A stretch of DNA of 64,000 nt from Silicimonas sp. (GTDB lineage Bacteria; Pseudomonadota; Alphaproteobacteria; Rhodobacterales; Rhodobacteraceae). The position numbers and the translations under genes are program-made. The notes beneath the pieces are model-generated. The model saw only the letters and a list, made by a program, of their open reading frames with translations. It searched no databases and was not told the origin of the DNA. Location: the NCBI GenBank assembly GCA_025800205.1, contig JAOXSD010000174.1, positions 9,544-73,543 of the forward strand, written 5' to 3'. Position 1 is the first letter of the stretch. Every line of letters begins with the position of its first letter. Shown here one piece after another: positions 61,160 to 64,000 of this stretch.

Positions 61160-62371
61160 TCAGGCGGGCGACATGCCGCGCAGCCGTTCGGACCGGCGCC
61201 TGAGTAGCTCGACCGTGGTCAGGAGCGCAATCGAGATAACGACAAGAATTGTCGCAACCGCGAGGATCGTCGGGCTGATCTGTTCGCGCAGGCCGGTGAA
61301 CATCTGCCAAGGCAGGGTTTTCTGGCTGGCGGAGCCGACGAAGAGCACGACGACGACTTCATCGAAAGAGGTGATGAAGGCGAAGAGCCCGCCGGAGATC
61401 ACCCCGGGCAGGATAAGCGGCATCTGGACGCGGAAGAAGGTGGTCACCGGGTCGGCACCCATATTGGCAGCGGCGCGGGTCAGCGAGCGGTCGAAGCCCA
61501 CCAGCGTTGCGGTGACGGTGATGATCACGAAGGGCACGCCGAGCACCGCATGGGCGAGCACGACCTTGATGTAGCCGACGAAGTTCTTGTTCATCCCCAG
61601 CGTGCCTTCAAGGAAGTTGCCGATCGAGGAGTAGAAGAAGAACATGCCGGTGGCCGAGATGATCAGTGGCACGATCATCGGCGAGATCAGCATCGCCATG
61701 ATGGCGCGGCGGCCGGGGACGTGGCTTTGCGACAGGCCGATGGCGGCCAGCGTACCGAGCGAGACCGAGATCACCGTGGCGATGGGGGCGATGATCAGCG
61801 AGTTCTTGAAGCTGCGCTGCCATTCGTTGTTGGTGAAGAAATCCCGGTAGTGTTTCAGGCTGTAGCCTTCGGGATCGAAGCGCAGCATTTCCGGCGTGAA
61901 GGTGAAGAAATCCTGTGCGTTGAACGACAGCGGCAGGACCACGAGGATCGGCGTGATCAGGAAGGTGAAGATCGCCCCGCAGATCACCCGGAAGGCATAG
62001 TGCCAAAGCACCTGACCGCTGGTGAGATAGGGTTGCAGCCGGGCGCGGTAGCGGCCTTCGTACATCCAGTAGATGAACCAGCCGTAGAACCAGCCGGCAA
62101 GAAGGCCGAGGACGAAGCCGGGGATGCCTGCAAAGAAAAGGCCGAGCACGGCGACCAGCGCGAGCGTGATCCAGCGACCCATCTTTTCGTTGTCGAGGAA
62201 CTGGGTCAGCACATAGGCGAGGGCGGCGACCAGCGCGCCGCCGATGATGATGCCGAGGAGGCCGGAGCCGTTGGCGGTGCCGACAAAAAGCCCCAGAACC
62301 GCACCCGAACCGGCCACGGTGGGCAGGACGAGCGACAGGGGTTTGCGCGAAATCGGAGTGAGTGCAGCCAT
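61160..62371 (-). CDS. ABC transporter permease (spermidine/putrescine PotC-like core with an extra N-terminal membrane region)
   Basis: 403 aa, polytopic. The C-terminal half has the BPD-transport EAA-like loop (DRSLTRAAANMGADPVTTFFRVQMPL). Confidence 0.8.
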   Translation of the reverse strand: MAALTPISRKPLSLVLPTVAGSGAVLGLFVGTANGSGLLGIIIGGALVAALAYVLTQFLDNEKMGRWITLALVAVLGLFFAGIPGFVLGLLAGWFYGWFIYWMYEGRYRARLQPYLTSGQVLWHYAFRVICGAIFTFLITPILVVLPLSFNAQDFFTFTPEMLRFDPEGYSLKHYRDFFTNNEWQRSFKNSLIIAPIATVISVSLGTLAAIGLSQSHVPGRRAIMAMLISPMIVPLIISATGMFFFYSSIGNFLEGTLGMNKNFVGYIKVVLAHAVLGVPFVIITVTATLVGFDRSLTRAAANMGADPVTTFFRVQMPLILPGVISGGLFAFITSFDEVVVVLFVGSASQKTLPWQMFTGLREQISPTILAVATILVVISIALLTTVELLRRRSERLRGMSPA

Positions 62372-62376
62372 GTTTC

Positions 62377-63654
62377 TTACCCCAGCTTCACGTTGTCGAT
62401 GCCGACGATCTTGTCGTAGGCCCAGTAGAGGATCAGCACCACCGCGAGAAGGATCGTGCCGAGTGCGGCGGCGAGACCCCAGTTGAGGCTCGACGAGATG
62501 TGATAGGCGATCCGGTTCGAGATGAAGACACCTTTGGTGCCGCCGACGATCTCGGGCGTGATGTAGTACCCGATGGCCAGGATGAAGACGAGGATCGAGC
62601 CTGCGCCGATGCCGGGAATGCTCTGCGGGAAATAGACCCGCCAGAAGGCGGTCCAGTTCGTCGCCCCCAGAGATTTGGCGGCGCGCAGGTAATAGGGCGG
62701 GATGGTCTGCATCACCGAATACATCGGCAGGATCATGAAGGGCAGCAGGATATGGGTCATCGCGATGATCGTGCCGATCTGGTTGTTGATGATGACAAGC
62801 CGTGCGGCGTCATCGACCAGGCCGAGCCAGACCAGCGTTTCGTTGATCACGCCTTGCTGTTGCAGCATGACTTTCCAGGCCGAGGTGCGCACGAGAAGCG
62901 AGGTCCAGAACGGCAGGAGGACGAGGATCATCAGGAGGTTCGAGGTGCGCATCGGCAGGTTGGCCAGGATCCAGGCGACCGGGTAGCCGAGGATGATGCA
63001 GGAGAGCGTGATGATCAGCGACATCTGCAGGGTGCGACCAAAAAGCGTGAGCAGGATCTGCTTGCTTTCGGGTTGCGACGCGGCGCCTTCGGGGGTGCGC
63101 TGCATGTCGACGGCGTTGAGGAAATACCCGTTGGTGATGGCGACCGAATGGGTCTTGATGACGGCCCAGGTGCGCGCTTCACCCCAGCCGTCGTGAATGT
63201 CGATCAGCTTGTCCTTGAAGGGGGCGTCGGCCACGGGATCGAGTTTCTTGATCTTGCGTCCCGACTTGCGGAACATCGAGGACATGCCGGTTTCTTCATA
63301 GTTCAGGCGGGTGCCGAGGCGGGTGTGGGTCTTGGCGTCGACGGCGATGATCATGTCGCGGGCGAAGGCGGCATAGACCTCTTCGCCGGGCAGTTCGCCC
63401 GATGTTTCATCCCAGCTTGCGAGTGCCGCGACGGTTTCGGGCAATGTCTCCTGCACGATGCCGTTTTCCACCGAGCGGAACAGCATCGAGGCGATGGGGA
63501 TCAGGAAGGACAAAAGGACGAAGATCAGCAGCGGTGCGATCAGCATCAGGGCGCGGGTTTTCTCGCGGCGCAGACTGCGCGCGAGGCTCTGTTTCAGCGG
63601 CGTTCCATCCGCTGCCAGCATGGGCCCGTCCTGGGTCGCCGTTGCATCTGCCAT
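62377..63654 (-). CDS. ABC transporter permease (PotB-like with a large periplasmic insertion)
   Basis: 425 aa. EAA-like loop YYLRAAKSLGATNWTAFWRVYFPQSIPG. Adjacent to the second permease. Confidence 0.8.
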   Translation of the reverse strand: MADATATQDGPMLAADGTPLKQSLARSLRREKTRALMLIAPLLIFVLLSFLIPIASMLFRSVENGIVQETLPETVAALASWDETSGELPGEEVYAAFARDMIIAVDAKTHTRLGTRLNYEETGMSSMFRKSGRKIKKLDPVADAPFKDKLIDIHDGWGEARTWAVIKTHSVAITNGYFLNAVDMQRTPEGAASQPESKQILLTLFGRTLQMSLIITLSCIILGYPVAWILANLPMRTSNLLMILVLLPFWTSLLVRTSAWKVMLQQQGVINETLVWLGLVDDAARLVIINNQIGTIIAMTHILLPFMILPMYSVMQTIPPYYLRAAKSLGATNWTAFWRVYFPQSIPGIGAGSILVFILAIGYYITPEIVGGTKGVFISNRIAYHISSSLNWGLAAALGTILLAVVLILYWAYDKIVGIDNVKLG

Positions 63655-63725
63655 GTTCTGTCCCTCTCACCCTGTACCCCGGGCCTGAGGCGGCCCGGGG
63701 CGTTTTCTTTATCTAAGCCAGCGGC

Positions 63726-64000
63726 TTATTGAGCCAGCCAGGCCTGGAATTTCGCGTCGATGTCGTCGCGGTAATCGGCCCAGAACTCGAAGTTATAGAG
63801 GAAGGTCCGCTTGGAGTTCTCCGGATCGGTCGGCATGTGGGGGGCCATGTCGATGCCAAGTTCGGCATGCTGACCCACCAGCGGCGCCGAAGAGGCACGG
63901 GCCGGGCCGTAGGAGATGTACTTGGCCTGATCGGCCAGACGCTGGGTGTCGGTGGCGAAGTAGATATAGTCCAGCGCGCGCTTCTGACGCTCTTCGCTCA
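63726..64000 (-). CDS. 3' end of a periplasmic solute-binding protein gene (polyamine/opine-type, family 1); 5' part lies outside the window
   Basis: Hand translation of the reverse strand: ...SEERQKRALDYIYFATDTQRLADQAKYISYGPARASSAPLVG...FLYNFEFWADYRDDIDAKFQAWLAQ stop (TAA at 63726-63728). Open to the window end. The track ORF 63713..63898 is in another frame. Confidence 0.6.
   Translation of the reverse strand, partial: SEERQKRALDYIYFATDTQRLADQAKYISYGPARASSAPLVGQHAELGIDMAPHMPTDPENSKRTFLYNFEFWADYRDDIDAKFQAWLAQ

Noticed and set aside
63713-63898. 61-aa minus-strand track ORF at the window end
   Set aside because: It is in a different frame from the open reading frame that hand-translates into a convincing solute-binding-protein C-terminus (63726..64000).

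Overview
GC-rich alphaproteobacterial (Rhodobacter-type, Rhodobacterales) chromosomal segment, almost fully coding. Many genes are translationally coupled through ATGA/GTGA start-stop overlaps. The GC content creates many long antisense shadow ORFs in the six-frame track, which I rejected. Layout: (1) 1-1963, a siroheme nitrite/sulfite reductase gene plus the truncated start of its probable flavoprotein partner. (2) 2396-10519, a TPP-riboswitch-led 11-gene thiamine synthesis and pyrimidine-salvage operon: thiD-thiO-thiS-thiG-thiE-thiF, then an NMT1/THI5-type binding protein, TenA, an ABC ATPase, a Cys-less TenA and a permease. (3) 10573-14214, minus strand: a GFA-family protein, an Fe-S cryptochrome/photolyase (CryB type), and a tightly coupled pair made of a B12-binding-domain protein and a truncated PpsR-like protein. 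(4) about 14.3-57.5 kb, a complete purple-bacterial photosynthesis gene cluster: bchODI-crtA / crtIB-tspO / crtCD / crtEF-bchCXYZ-pufQBALMX-dxs / bchP-MFS-bchG-pseudoazurin-hemA-puhE-acsF-orf98-puhCBA-lhaA-bchMLHBNF / ppaA-ppsR, with eight perfect and one imperfect TGT-N12-ACA (PpsR/CrtJ-type) palindromes in five promoter regions. (5) 57.7-64 kb, an aldo-keto reductase, an arginase-family ureohydrolase, a creatinase and a polyamine-type ABC transporter (last gene truncated). pufB and pufA are too short for the ORF track and were read directly from the DNA. The most interesting observation is a second, divergent copy of the AerR/PpaA-PpsR regulatory pair. Its PpsR-like member lacks the two central PAS domains, and the pair lies between bchO and the cryptochrome gene cryB. 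Together this suggests an undescribed light/B12/redox regulatory module. No CRISPR, rRNA, tRNA or mobile elements were seen.
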